44,806 nucleotides of DNA from a virus, in IMG/VR virus record IMGVR_UViG_3300045988_038198, positions 1 through 44,806 of that record, one strand, 5' to 3'. The first letter of the stretch is position 1; each line of letters starts with the position of its first letter. The translations under genes were made by a program, and so were the position numbers. Under the pieces are notes generated by a model that searched no databases, was not told the DNA's origin, and saw nothing but the letters and a program-made list of their open reading frames with translations. This document shows, piece after piece, positions 26,539 through 33,201 of this stretch.

Positions 26539-27698
26539 GGGACTTTTATTTTCTCAATCTCTGTGCGGAGTTCTTCCAATGTCCTGTGTCCATATACCGC
26601 GTTTGTAACATCTCCACCAAAAGAGTGACCCAGCATTCGCTTCCGGTCGTTCTCCCGGACGCCGTATTTTTCACATAACATAGAAAAAGTATGCCGGCAG
26701 TCGTGTGGCGTGTGTTTCGGATCGCCAACAATTCCAAGACGTTCAAGCGTAGGATAGAACAGGGCGTTGCGGTGGTGCTGCTGAGTATATACACAGAGCT
26801 TCCCACCTTGAGTAAGAACCTTTTGCTTAGCAAATTCGTATACCGCCGAATGAATTGGTACTACGCGGTCTTTTCCTGCCTTAGTCTTGATCCCGCCCTG
26901 AAAGTATCTCTCTTCCAAGTTAGTCGTCAACTTAAGTACTTCGCCGATTCTCCAGCCAGAATAACACATGATTAATATAAGCTGCACTTCCGGATCAGCA
27001 GAATTCTTCCAGAGAATTTTTAACTCATTGTCAGAAAATGGTGTTCCATGTTCAGTGTCGTCATCCGCGTTGACTTTTACATACAAAGCCTTGTTTTCTG
27101 TTACAATTTCTGAGTAAACAGCGTATTTATACATCTGCTTGAACAGCGTAAGAATTGCCATAAGGCTCTGACGTTTTAACGGGCAGTCATCAATTACCTT
27201 TTGCAGATCAGGCGCTTTTAAATCCTCGAATACACGATTATACAGAGCCGTGCAGTTTGAGTAAGCGGTCTGGTAAGCTATCTTTGAACTATAAGAAAGT
27301 TTTGAACCCTCTGGAAACTTCCATGCGTAAAACTTCTTATATACCTCTGAAAACGTCAATTTCTTGATTTCCGGGTGTTTATCCTCGACACCCTTGATTG
27401 TATTGTAGTCAGCAATCAAACGAGTAACAAGGGTATCTACGTCCGTTGTAGGTGATATCTCAAGGTCTCGTTCCATCCCTGGCTGATATGTTCCTGCCTT
27501 GTATGCGGTCAGTACAGTAAATCCTTTAATCCAGTCGTCTACATAGCAGATTGCAGGCGGTCGGACGGGCTTTCCGGTCTTTTCATTCAGTACTGCCGGA
27601 GGATGGACCGCAAATGGATTCCTACGGTTGCCGCCCAGGTACCGTATTGTTCCGAAACTGTTAGGGAGCTTCGGGTATTTCTTTCTTTTCTTCGCCAT
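26517..27698 (-). CDS. int: Tyrosine recombinase / integrase (393 aa)
   Basis: MAKKRKKYPKLPNSFG start follows an RBS. Contains HDCRHTF, MLGHSFGG and VYGHRT catalytic-type motifs. ORF-track ORF was trimmed to M48. Confidence 0.85.
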   Translation of the reverse strand: MAKKRKKYPKLPNSFGTIRYLGGNRRNPFAVHPPAVLNEKTGKPVRPPAICYVDDWIKGFTVLTAYKAGTYQPGMERDLEISPTTDVDTLVTRLIADYNTIKGVEDKHPEIKKLTFSEVYKKFYAWKFPEGSKLSYSSKIAYQTAYSNCTALYNRVFEDLKAPDLQKVIDDCPLKRQSLMAILTLFKQMYKYAVYSEIVTENKALYVKVNADDDTEHGTPFSDNELKILWKNSADPEVQLILIMCYSGWRIGEVLKLTTNLEERYFQGGIKTKAGKDRVVPIHSAVYEFAKQKVLTQGGKLCVYTQQHHRNALFYPTLERLGIVGDPKHTPHDCRHTFSMLCEKYGVRENDRKRMLGHSFGGDVTNAVYGHRTLEELRTEIEKIKVPFVTNCD

Positions 27699-27835
27699 TT
27701 TTATTCCCTCTTTCTGTAGCTGTATTTTAGGTATAAAAATAACAGCCGAACAAACTTTCTGACTTGTCCGACTGCTCCGAAGATGATACAATATGTTTTG
27801 CCAGAATATTACATTTCTTCGGAGATGTATAAACG

Positions 27836-27869
27836 CCACCTCGGTACGCCAATGCCGGGGTGGTTTTTT
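27836..27869. terminator. Hairpin CCACCTCGG-N10-CCGGGGTGG with a T6 run on the + strand
   Basis: Lies 8 nt downstream of the stop of 27877..28920(-). The U-tract is strong only in the + orientation. Confidence 0.55.
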
Positions 27870-27876
27870 ATTTTAT

Positions 27877-28920
27877 TTAATTAACGGTTACATTGAATAT
27901 AGCTGAATATTTGTCTGAATCTGAATATCCATTGTCCGAATATTGGTCAACATAAATTTTAAAATTTCCTTTGTGATTTACACCAATACATTCCTGTGCA
28001 CGACATTTAGCACCTACTGGAATCTCTTCAGGGTAATAAGTTGGTGAATTTGGATAAGTGTATCCGGTGTATCCCTGAGAATCAATATATTTGTATAATC
28101 CCAAAGACATATATAGACCGTCAAAATCTGAAGAATGGTATCCAATATTTTCATAGGTGTAATCTACTAAATATACAGCCGCCGGATTAGTACTTGAATA
28201 AGGGTTTCTTTCACTCATTTCAGTAACTGAATTGATTGTGAATTTCCATTGTCCCGGAACTGTCCAAGTCTGCCCCATGTTATATGTTTGAACTGATGGC
28301 CTTGGAGCTGGTGTAGGCTGCACATAAGGTTTTATGACATTTACAGTGGTTACGAATTCCATTGTTGATACCTTTCCCGTTATGGTTGCACAGCCGACTG
28401 ATTTACCATGAATCTTTCCACCAGATGTTATTGATACAATGGATGGATTGGAAGAAATCCATTTAACTTTTTGCTTTGTATTGCTGATCTTGAACTGATA
28501 TGATTTGCCTAAGTCAATAACAGAAATGAATTGTTTCCACTTCGGAACTTCTGATGTGAGCTTGCACTTATAAACAGTTCTTCCTTTTTTCGCAGTAATT
28601 ACAGCAGTTCCTTTTTTCTTTGCAGTTACAACGCCTGAGGATGAGACAGAAATACATTTCTTGTTGGAACTTGTCCATTTGTATCCTTTTCCCGGCCCTT
28701 TGAATTTAGCTTTTTCTGATTTTAAAATGTATGCAGTTACTGTTTTGCCTTTTTTCAAAGTGATCGGGGTTCGGTATGAATAGTATGTAGGTGCTATGTT
28801 CTGATTCCCTCCGGTATTGGTTCCATCCCCGAACTCACTTGCCATCGCCGGTATGCTGCATAATAGCAAACATAGCATGAGCAAAAGTGAAATTACTTGT
28901 GAAAATCGTTTCTTCTTCAT
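27877..28920 (-). CDS. Secreted/surface protein: signal peptide, two Big_2-like Ig domains and a C-terminal beta-sandwich (DUF4352-like); lysogenic-conversion moron
   Basis: Starts MKKKRFSQVISLLLMLCLLLCSIPAMA. Contains WTSSNKKCISVSSSGVVTAKKKGTAVITA and WISSNPSIVSITSGGKIHGKSVGCATITG. Confidence 0.7.
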   Translation of the reverse strand: MKKKRFSQVISLLLMLCLLLCSIPAMASEFGDGTNTGGNQNIAPTYYSYRTPITLKKGKTVTAYILKSEKAKFKGPGKGYKWTSSNKKCISVSSSGVVTAKKKGTAVITAKKGRTVYKCKLTSEVPKWKQFISVIDLGKSYQFKISNTKQKVKWISSNPSIVSITSGGKIHGKSVGCATITGKVSTMEFVTTVNVIKPYVQPTPAPRPSVQTYNMGQTWTVPGQWKFTINSVTEMSERNPYSSTNPAAVYLVDYTYENIGYHSSDFDGLYMSLGLYKYIDSQGYTGYTYPNSPTYYPEEIPVGAKCRAQECIGVNHKGNFKIYVDQYSDNGYSDSDKYSAIFNVTVN

Positions 28921-29035
28921 AAAATCCCTCCTATTATATGATTTTCACCACGTTTCGCACTTTCCATGCGGATTATGTATTTTGTACCGCTGATTTTGCA
29001 ATGTTATGTAAAGTACGGTTATTCGTGGTATTTTT

Positions 29036-29064
29036 ATTTTATCATTTTAAGAGCATATTGTAAA
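29036..29064 (-). promoter_or_regulatory. Candidate promoter of the moron, TTTACA-17-TAAAAT
   Basis: On the + strand, tgtaaa is at 29059..29064 and atttta at 29036..29041. Confidence 0.45.
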
Positions 29065-29149
29065 GATTTAGAACGAAATAGAGTGATTTAGATGAAAAAG
29101 AAATGTTTTTTTCTATAAAATAGTGAGAGTTCATGTATATCATTGGCAG

Positions 29150-29178
29150 TTGCCAAGAGTCGGAATAGGTGGTATAAT
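29150..29178 (+). promoter_or_regulatory. Strong promoter TTGCCA-17-TGgTATAAT
   Basis: -35 at 29150..29155, TG at 29170..29171, -10 at 29173..29178. Confidence 0.7.
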
Positions 29179-29186
29179 AGCAAAAG

Positions 29187-29200
29187 CGAACTAATGTTCG
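29187..29200. promoter_or_regulatory. LexA/DinR-type SOS box CGAACtaatGTTCG
   Basis: Perfect match to the CGAAC-N4-GTTCG core, 9 nt downstream of the -10. It is the only such site in the window. Confidence 0.6.
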
Positions 29201-29266
29201 GTTCTATTTCCCACAGCCGAACATATACTGTAGTGTAGGCGGTAGTTACGACAGGGAGGGTTATTT

Positions 29267-29383
29267 ATGGATTATAAGAAAGAGATTATTGAAATGATAG
29301 AAAAATGTGATAATGAGGGCAAGTTAAAATTTGTCTATACGATTCTTATCAAATATCTAAAATCAAAGAAGCAAGGGGATTAA
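29267..29383 (+). CDS. 38-aa ORF downstream of the SOS-box promoter
   Basis: RBS AGGGAGGG lies 6 nt before the ATG. It translates to MDYKKEIIEMIEKCDNEGKLKFVYTILIKYLKSKKQGD. Confidence 0.5.
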   Translation: MDYKKEIIEMIEKCDNEGKLKFVYTILIKYLKSKKQGD

Positions 29384-29390
29384 CCCTTGC
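29371..29390. terminator. Shared bidirectional hairpin GCAAGGG-gattaa-CCCTTGC holding both convergent stop codons in its loop
   Basis: TAA at 29381..29383 (+) and TAA at 29382..29380 (-). T-runs on both sides. Confidence 0.65.
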
Positions 29391-29724
29391 TCTTTTTGTT
29401 TAACGATGAAACTATTTGTTTTATTGCTTTCTTATCTTCTTTATCGAGTGCTTTATATTCCTCGATAAAGTCTAAGACGTCAGGTTCTGACATAAGATTT
29501 CCAATTATGGTTGCATAATCGTCATCGCTTTTAGAACCCATGAGGTATGTCGGTGTTACTTCCAGAGCGCCGCATAGAAGTTCGATAGTGTCCATATCTG
29601 GCTTGCACTTATCTTTTTCCCAGTCACTAATTGAATTGTGTTTTGCGTTGATTTTTTCTGCGAGTTGTTTCTGAGTTAATTTCTTTGCTGTTCTGGCTTG
29701 CTTGATTTTCTCGCCAAATGTCAT
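29380..29724 (-). CDS. cI-like repressor, XRE HTH, 114 aa, no peptidase domain
   Basis: AAGGAGG RBS lies 9 nt before the ATG at 29724. Contains MTFGEKIKQARTAKKLTQKQLAEKINAKHNSISDWE. It is divergent from the cro-like gene. Confidence 0.8.
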   Translation of the reverse strand: MTFGEKIKQARTAKKLTQKQLAEKINAKHNSISDWEKDKCKPDMDTIELLCGALEVTPTYLMGSKSDDDYATIIGNLMSEPDVLDFIEEYKALDKEDKKAIKQIVSSLNKKSKG

Positions 29725-29749
29725 TATCGGTTTCCTCCTTTCATGATTA

Positions 29750-29778
29750 ATAATAATATAGAAATTTCGAACTGTCAA
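29750..29778 (-). promoter_or_regulatory. Leftward repressor promoter TTGACA-17-TATTAT
   Basis: On the + strand, tgtcaa is at 29773..29778 and ataata at 29750..29755. The spacer contains TTCGAA (29766..29771). Confidence 0.6.
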
Positions 29779-29784
29779 TAAAAT

Positions 29785-29805
29785 AATTTCGATTTTCTCG
29801 AAATT
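29785..29805. promoter_or_regulatory. Operator: perfect inverted repeat AATTTCGA-ttttc-TCGAAATT between the divergent -35 boxes
   Basis: Read directly. Related TTCGAA sites lie at 29766, 29817 and 29826. Confidence 0.65.
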
Positions 29806-29810
29806 TATTC

Positions 29811-29839
29811 TTGACATTCGAACATTTCGAAGTTATACT
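29811..29839 (+). promoter_or_regulatory. Rightward early promoter TTGACA-17-TATACT with two TTCGAA palindromes in the spacer
   Basis: -35 at 29811..29816 and -10 at 29834..29839. Confidence 0.7.
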
Positions 29840-29886
29840 GTAATTGTTCGATAAGAACGAAACTTAAATAGAAAGGAGAATTGAAA

Positions 29887-30108
29887 ATGTGTGTTGGTAA
29901 GAAAATCAAGTCATACCTTGAGAATAACGGCATAACACAGACATTCGTTGCCAACAAAACTGGTATTCCTGTTCAGAAGCTCAATCTTTCTCTCAATGGA
30001 AATCGCAAATTAGATTTCGATGAATACGAATTAATTTGTGGAGCATTATCTGTTGGAACCGATAAGTTTCTTGAACCAAGGTTGCCAGAACGGAAGGGAG
30101 CTGATTGA
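29887..30108 (+). CDS. Cro-like XRE HTH protein
   Basis: AAAGGAG lies 8 nt before the ATG at 29887. Contains ITQTFVANKTGIPVQKLNLSLNG. Confidence 0.75.
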   Translation: MCVGKKIKSYLENNGITQTFVANKTGIPVQKLNLSLNGNRKLDFDEYELICGALSVGTDKFLEPRLPERKGAD

Positions 30109-30133
30109 TTGAAACGTAAGGAGGTGAGAATAC

Positions 30134-30355
30134 ATGAAAGAAAAAACAGTTGCAGGACTTACAGACTATGCTTTAGAGATGCTTGGATATGATAAAGAAA
30201 AGATTCTCAAGGCAGTAGAAAATTGCGTAATGGCAATGGGAGAATTGACAATCGCAGAAAGCCAAGTTGCCCGTAAGCATCTGGACTCTGTTATGGAAGA
30301 AATGTATAAGCGGAGTCCAGACACCTTAATAAATACTATTCAGCCTCGTTTATAA
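30134..30355 (+). CDS. Hypothetical early protein
   Basis: AAGGAGGTGA RBS; 73 aa. Confidence 0.6.
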   Translation: MKEKTVAGLTDYALEMLGYDKEKILKAVENCVMAMGELTIAESQVARKHLDSVMEEMYKRSPDTLINTIQPRL

Positions 30356-30581
30356 TCTTATTTTCATGAACGACAAAATTATAAGCATAGTTATAGGCTT
30401 GTACATACTGGTTGGACAGTGACAGTACATCAGAAGAATCAACTTCATCTTCACTGTGCAATTTGGTAACCTGTGCAGTCGCTTTGATATAAGCTGAAGC
30501 AATATTATGTGCAGCCAATTCAGGATTCACAGTACGAATCTTAGCAAGTTCACAGTGGCTTAATCCAAAATTGTCAAACAT
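30336..30581 (-). CDS. Hypothetical protein (leftward island, gene 3)
   Basis: GAAAGGAGG RBS. Own promoter at 30632..30660. Its 3' end overlaps 30134..30355 by 20 nt. Confidence 0.6.
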   Translation of the reverse strand: MFDNFGLSHCELAKIRTVNPELAAHNIASAYIKATAQVTKLHSEDEVDSSDVLSLSNQYVQAYNYAYNFVVHENKIINEAE

Positions 30582-30631
30582 AGTAGCGTCCTCCTTTCCT
30601 CAATACTCAGCATGCCAGTGCCTGTACTTAC

Positions 30632-30660
30632 AGGATAGGAGAACAAATATAAAAAGTCAA
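30632..30660 (-). promoter_or_regulatory. Leftward promoter TTGACT-17-TATCCT with a conserved leader (copy A)
   Basis: On the + strand, agtcaa is at 30655..30660 and aggata at 30632..30637. The leader is shared with 33007..33030. Confidence 0.5.
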
Positions 30661-30764
30661 GGTAGGTAGGTGAAAACAGTTGAGCAGATCAGCAAGGAGA
30701 AAATTCCGGTCCCTGGAAAGAAGAATTGCCAGCCTTGAATCGCAACTTCAAGACCAGCAACAAA

Positions 30765-31067
30765 TTATTTCTTCTCAGTGTCCGAAAGTCCGCCCTGAAT
30801 CACTTTTAGAACGGGCGGTTCGTGATGCTCAGTCAGGTGTTCATATTCCAGCATTCCGAATGAATCTAGGTAATCGAACATTATTTGAACAGAAGACTGA
30901 ATAGATGTATTTACGGCATTTCTGATGATTTGGAATTGTTCTTTTGATATGCAAGGTTCGTCTTCCGGCAGACCTTGTAACAGGCTCTGAGCAATATTAG
31001 CGGAATTTTCCGACAGGATTCTTTCAACATCAGAGTTAATGACCGACATAAATTCATCATAAGTCAT
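30765..31067 (-). CDS. Hypothetical protein (leftward island, gene 2)
   Basis: GGAAAGGAGG RBS lies before the ATG at 31067 (MTYDEFMSVINSD...). TGtTATACT lies upstream at 31095..31103. Confidence 0.6.
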   Translation of the reverse strand: MTYDEFMSVINSDVERILSENSANIAQSLLQGLPEDEPCISKEQFQIIRNAVNTSIQSSVQIMFDYLDSFGMLEYEHLTEHHEPPVLKVIQGGLSDTEKK

Positions 31068-31213
31068 TTTTTTAATACCTCCTTTCCAAAGGAGAGTATA
31101 ACACAAAATCAAAAAACGAAACAAAGAAAGTGATTTGCGGATGACTTTGGGCTACGCAATCGCATTGAGGGATAAAGAACAAAGGAGGTGAAGAAAAATG
31201 TTAGACTGCACCG

Positions 31214-31741
31214 TCAGTGAAAATATTCTCGGTCAGGTTTCAGTTCAACTCGAAATGACGAGCCACGACTGGTCGAAATTAAAAACCTCTGGTGTGTGGA
31301 GTCAGATGGAGAAGATTCTAATGGAATCTGAAACACAAAGTAGCCGCTGCTTCCACCATATCCAGACAAACAAACCGGAAGAGACATGTTGTACAAGCTG
31401 TCGGAAGAAACGGTTTTTCCACCGATTTTCCGGTCTGAAGAAGCAACGATAGTTGGCAACTTATTGCATGGATATGTAATTCCGTTAATAACAATGGAGA
31501 CATCTGTGATTGATATTACGGAATTTGAGAGATTGTCGAACTGGATATAAGCCAAAGCCAGTTGTTTTTCTGGACTATATCCAAAATAAGGCAAGCTTAA
31601 ATGAAGATTACGCCGTGATTGAAATAATTGCCAAGCAGTTCCAGCAGACCCTATTAACCCAAGGATAAAAGAAACATTTTCAAACGTAATGATTCCTTTA
31701 GCCGATTTTAAAATTGAAATAATTTGATTTATTTTAATCAC
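31214..31741 (-). CDS. Membrane-anchored protein (leftward island, gene 1); start codon uncertain
   Basis: TM helix FILGLIGSAGTAWQLF followed by a beta-rich domain. GGGAGGTGAT abuts the listed GTG. TGaTATACT lies at 31757..31765. Confidence 0.6.
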   Translation of the reverse strand: MIKINQIISILKSAKGIITFENVSFILGLIGSAGTAWQLFQSRRNLHLSLPYFGYSPEKQLALAYIQFDNLSNSVISITDVSIVINGITYPCNKLPTIVASSDRKIGGKTVSSDSLYNMSLPVCLSGYGGSSGYFVFQIPLESSPSDSTHQRFLISTSRGSSFRVELKPDREYFH

Positions 31742-31784
31742 CTCCCATCTACTGGGAGTATATCACAAGAAAAGAGGTGCGTAT

Positions 31785-31943
31785 ATGTCAGAAAAAGAAA
31801 AAAGAATCGTTGAAAAGCTGAAAGAAGCGATTCCTAATATGTCAGAATTTGACAAAGGATATATTCTCGGTAAGACGGAAAGCTTTTCCGAGAATAATCT
31901 GGAGAAAAAATCAGATAAGAAAGAAGTAGTTAATTCAAATTAG
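31785..31943 (+). CDS. Small hypothetical protein (52 aa)
   Basis: Hand translation gives MSEKEKRIVEKLKEAIPNMSEFDKGYILGKTESFSENNLEKKSDKKEVVNSN. RBS is AGAGGTG. Confidence 0.45.
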   Translation: MSEKEKRIVEKLKEAIPNMSEFDKGYILGKTESFSENNLEKKSDKKEVVNSN

Positions 31944-31954
31944 AAAGGAGAAAC

Positions 31955-32644
31955 ATGAACGAATTGCAGTTTTTTAATTCAGAAGAGTTCGGAGAAATCC
32001 GAACAGCAGAAATTGACGGGAAACCGTATTTTGTTGGCACTGATGTTGCCAAAGCTCTTGGATATAACAATCCCAGAGATGCCGTATCAAGGCATTGCAA
32101 GGGAGTCGTGAAACGCGACACCCCTACATCTAGTGGCATTCAGTCAATGTCATACATAAATGAGGGAGATTTGTACCGCTTGATTATGAAGTCGAAACTT
32201 CCATCGGCAGAGAAATTCGAATCATGGGTTATGGATGAAGTTCTTCCGACAATCAGAAAGACAGGCTCATACCAGAAGCCACTGACGACAGTTGAACAGA
32301 TACAGGTTATTGCGACAGGGTTCTTAGATCACGAAGAACGGCTTAACAGACTTGAAAACACCATGACTATTGACTACGCACAGCAGGAATCTATTAGAGA
32401 CTTAGTGTCAAGTGTCGTAATTGCTCACCTTGGTGGGAAAGAGTCAAATGTTTACAAGGAAATTGGCAAGAAAGTATTTGCTGAATGCAACAGGGATATA
32501 AAGACTTACTTCGCAGTAAATGCCCGTAATAACATCCCTAAGCTGAGATTTGAAGAAGCTATGGAATATGTTAAGAACTGGCATCCATGTACAAATACAG
32601 TAATGTGCATCAGGGACTGCAATGCTCAAATGTGTATTGAGTAG
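31955..32644 (+). CDS. ant: Antirepressor (BRO-N domain plus ORF6C/KilAC-like C-terminal domain)
   Basis: Contains FGEIRTAEIDGKPYFVGTDVAKALGYNNPRDAVSRHCKG. Confidence 0.75.
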   Translation: MNELQFFNSEEFGEIRTAEIDGKPYFVGTDVAKALGYNNPRDAVSRHCKGVVKRDTPTSSGIQSMSYINEGDLYRLIMKSKLPSAEKFESWVMDEVLPTIRKTGSYQKPLTTVEQIQVIATGFLDHEERLNRLENTMTIDYAQQESIRDLVSSVVIAHLGGKESNVYKEIGKKVFAECNRDIKTYFAVNARNNIPKLRFEEAMEYVKNWHPCTNTVMCIRDCNAQMCIE

Positions 32645-32656
32645 AAAGGAGCATAA

Positions 32657-32977
32657 ATGGACGCATTACAATTTAATAAAGCCGTCAGCCAGCACTGCAA
32701 AGAATCTGGTGGAGACTGTTGCAAATGTGACCTACGGCTTTACTGTTACCTATCGCCAAGTGAGCGACCAGATGAGTTAGTGAGCCTGGTTATTGATTTT
32801 TTGTATAACCACATTGAAAACCATGGTCATTATACCCATCACAGCGCGGCTTCATTTCCGTGTATTGATGATATGGACATGAGCACCGCAGTAGGCGGCG
32901 ACTGTTACCAGAAACCTCATACTCTTCATAAACAGTCACATGCTTGTGAATCTTGTGGCAGTGATACAGTCGAGTGA
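32657..32977 (+). CDS. Cys/His-rich hypothetical protein
   Basis: AAAGGAG RBS. It is fully overlapped by a leftward ORF/transcript starting at 32990. Confidence 0.5.
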   Translation: MDALQFNKAVSQHCKESGGDCCKCDLRLYCYLSPSERPDELVSLVIDFLYNHIENHGHYTHHSAASFPCIDDMDMSTAVGGDCYQKPHTLHKQSHACESCGSDTVE

Positions 32978-33036
32978 TTGTTTCAACCATATAATTCCCC
33001 TTTCGTTATACTCGGCATGTCGGTGCCTGTAAAAGC

Positions 33037-33065
33037 ATTATAGGTAGAGGGGAAAGGAAATACAA
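33037..33065 (-). promoter_or_regulatory. Leftward promoter TTGTAT-17-TATAAT with a conserved leader (copy B), antisense to the early operon
   Basis: On the + strand, atacaa is at 33060..33065 and attata at 33037..33042. Confidence 0.5.
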
Positions 33066-33078
33066 TAGGTGATAAATA

Positions 33079-33201
33079 ATGGGAGCAAATAATTTTACGC
33101 ATTTTACCGGAAAGAAATCTCCATTCAAAACTCAAAAGAGAAAGAAGAAAGCAAAGGTAAAAAAAATTCATAAAAACAAATATGAAAGGAGCATGAAATG
33201 A
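33079..33201 (+). CDS. Small very basic ORF (40 aa)
   Basis: Translates to MGANNFTHFTGKKSPFKTQKRKKKAKVKKIHKNKYERSMK and overlaps the next start. Confidence 0.35.
   Translation: MGANNFTHFTGKKSPFKTQKRKKKAKVKKIHKNKYERSMK

Noticed and set aside
29187-29200. CGAACtaatGTTCG as just another operator of the phage repressor
   Set aside because: This is not fully rejected, because the phage operators share a TTCGA core. However, they are TTCGAA or ATTTCGA-N5-TCGAAAT types. This site is the exact CGAAC-N4-GTTCG LexA/DinR core, so the LexA interpretation is preferred pending a binding test.
30680-30904. A plus-strand 74-aa ORF (TTG start) overlapping 30765..31067(-)
   Set aside because: It has a weak TTG start without a good SD. 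The opposite-strand gene has GGAAAGGAGG plus ATG and its own promoter-like element.
31198-31452. A plus-strand 84-aa ORF with a strong AAAGGAGGTGA-N7-ATG, antisense to the 3' end of 31214..31741(-)
   Set aside because: Its product is S/C/H-rich with no structure-like pattern, whereas the 175-aa minus-strand ORF has a TM helix and a coherent beta-rich domain. The RBS-like string is noted, but an independent gene is unlikely. Ribosome profiling could overturn this.
32790-32990. The minus-strand 66-aa ORF as a bona fide protein gene
   Set aside because: It does have a promoter and a GAAAGGGG RBS, but it is entirely antisense to 32657..32977, which fits the flow of the early operon. I kept it as a possible antisense RNA or ORF in the findings rather than listing it as a CDS.
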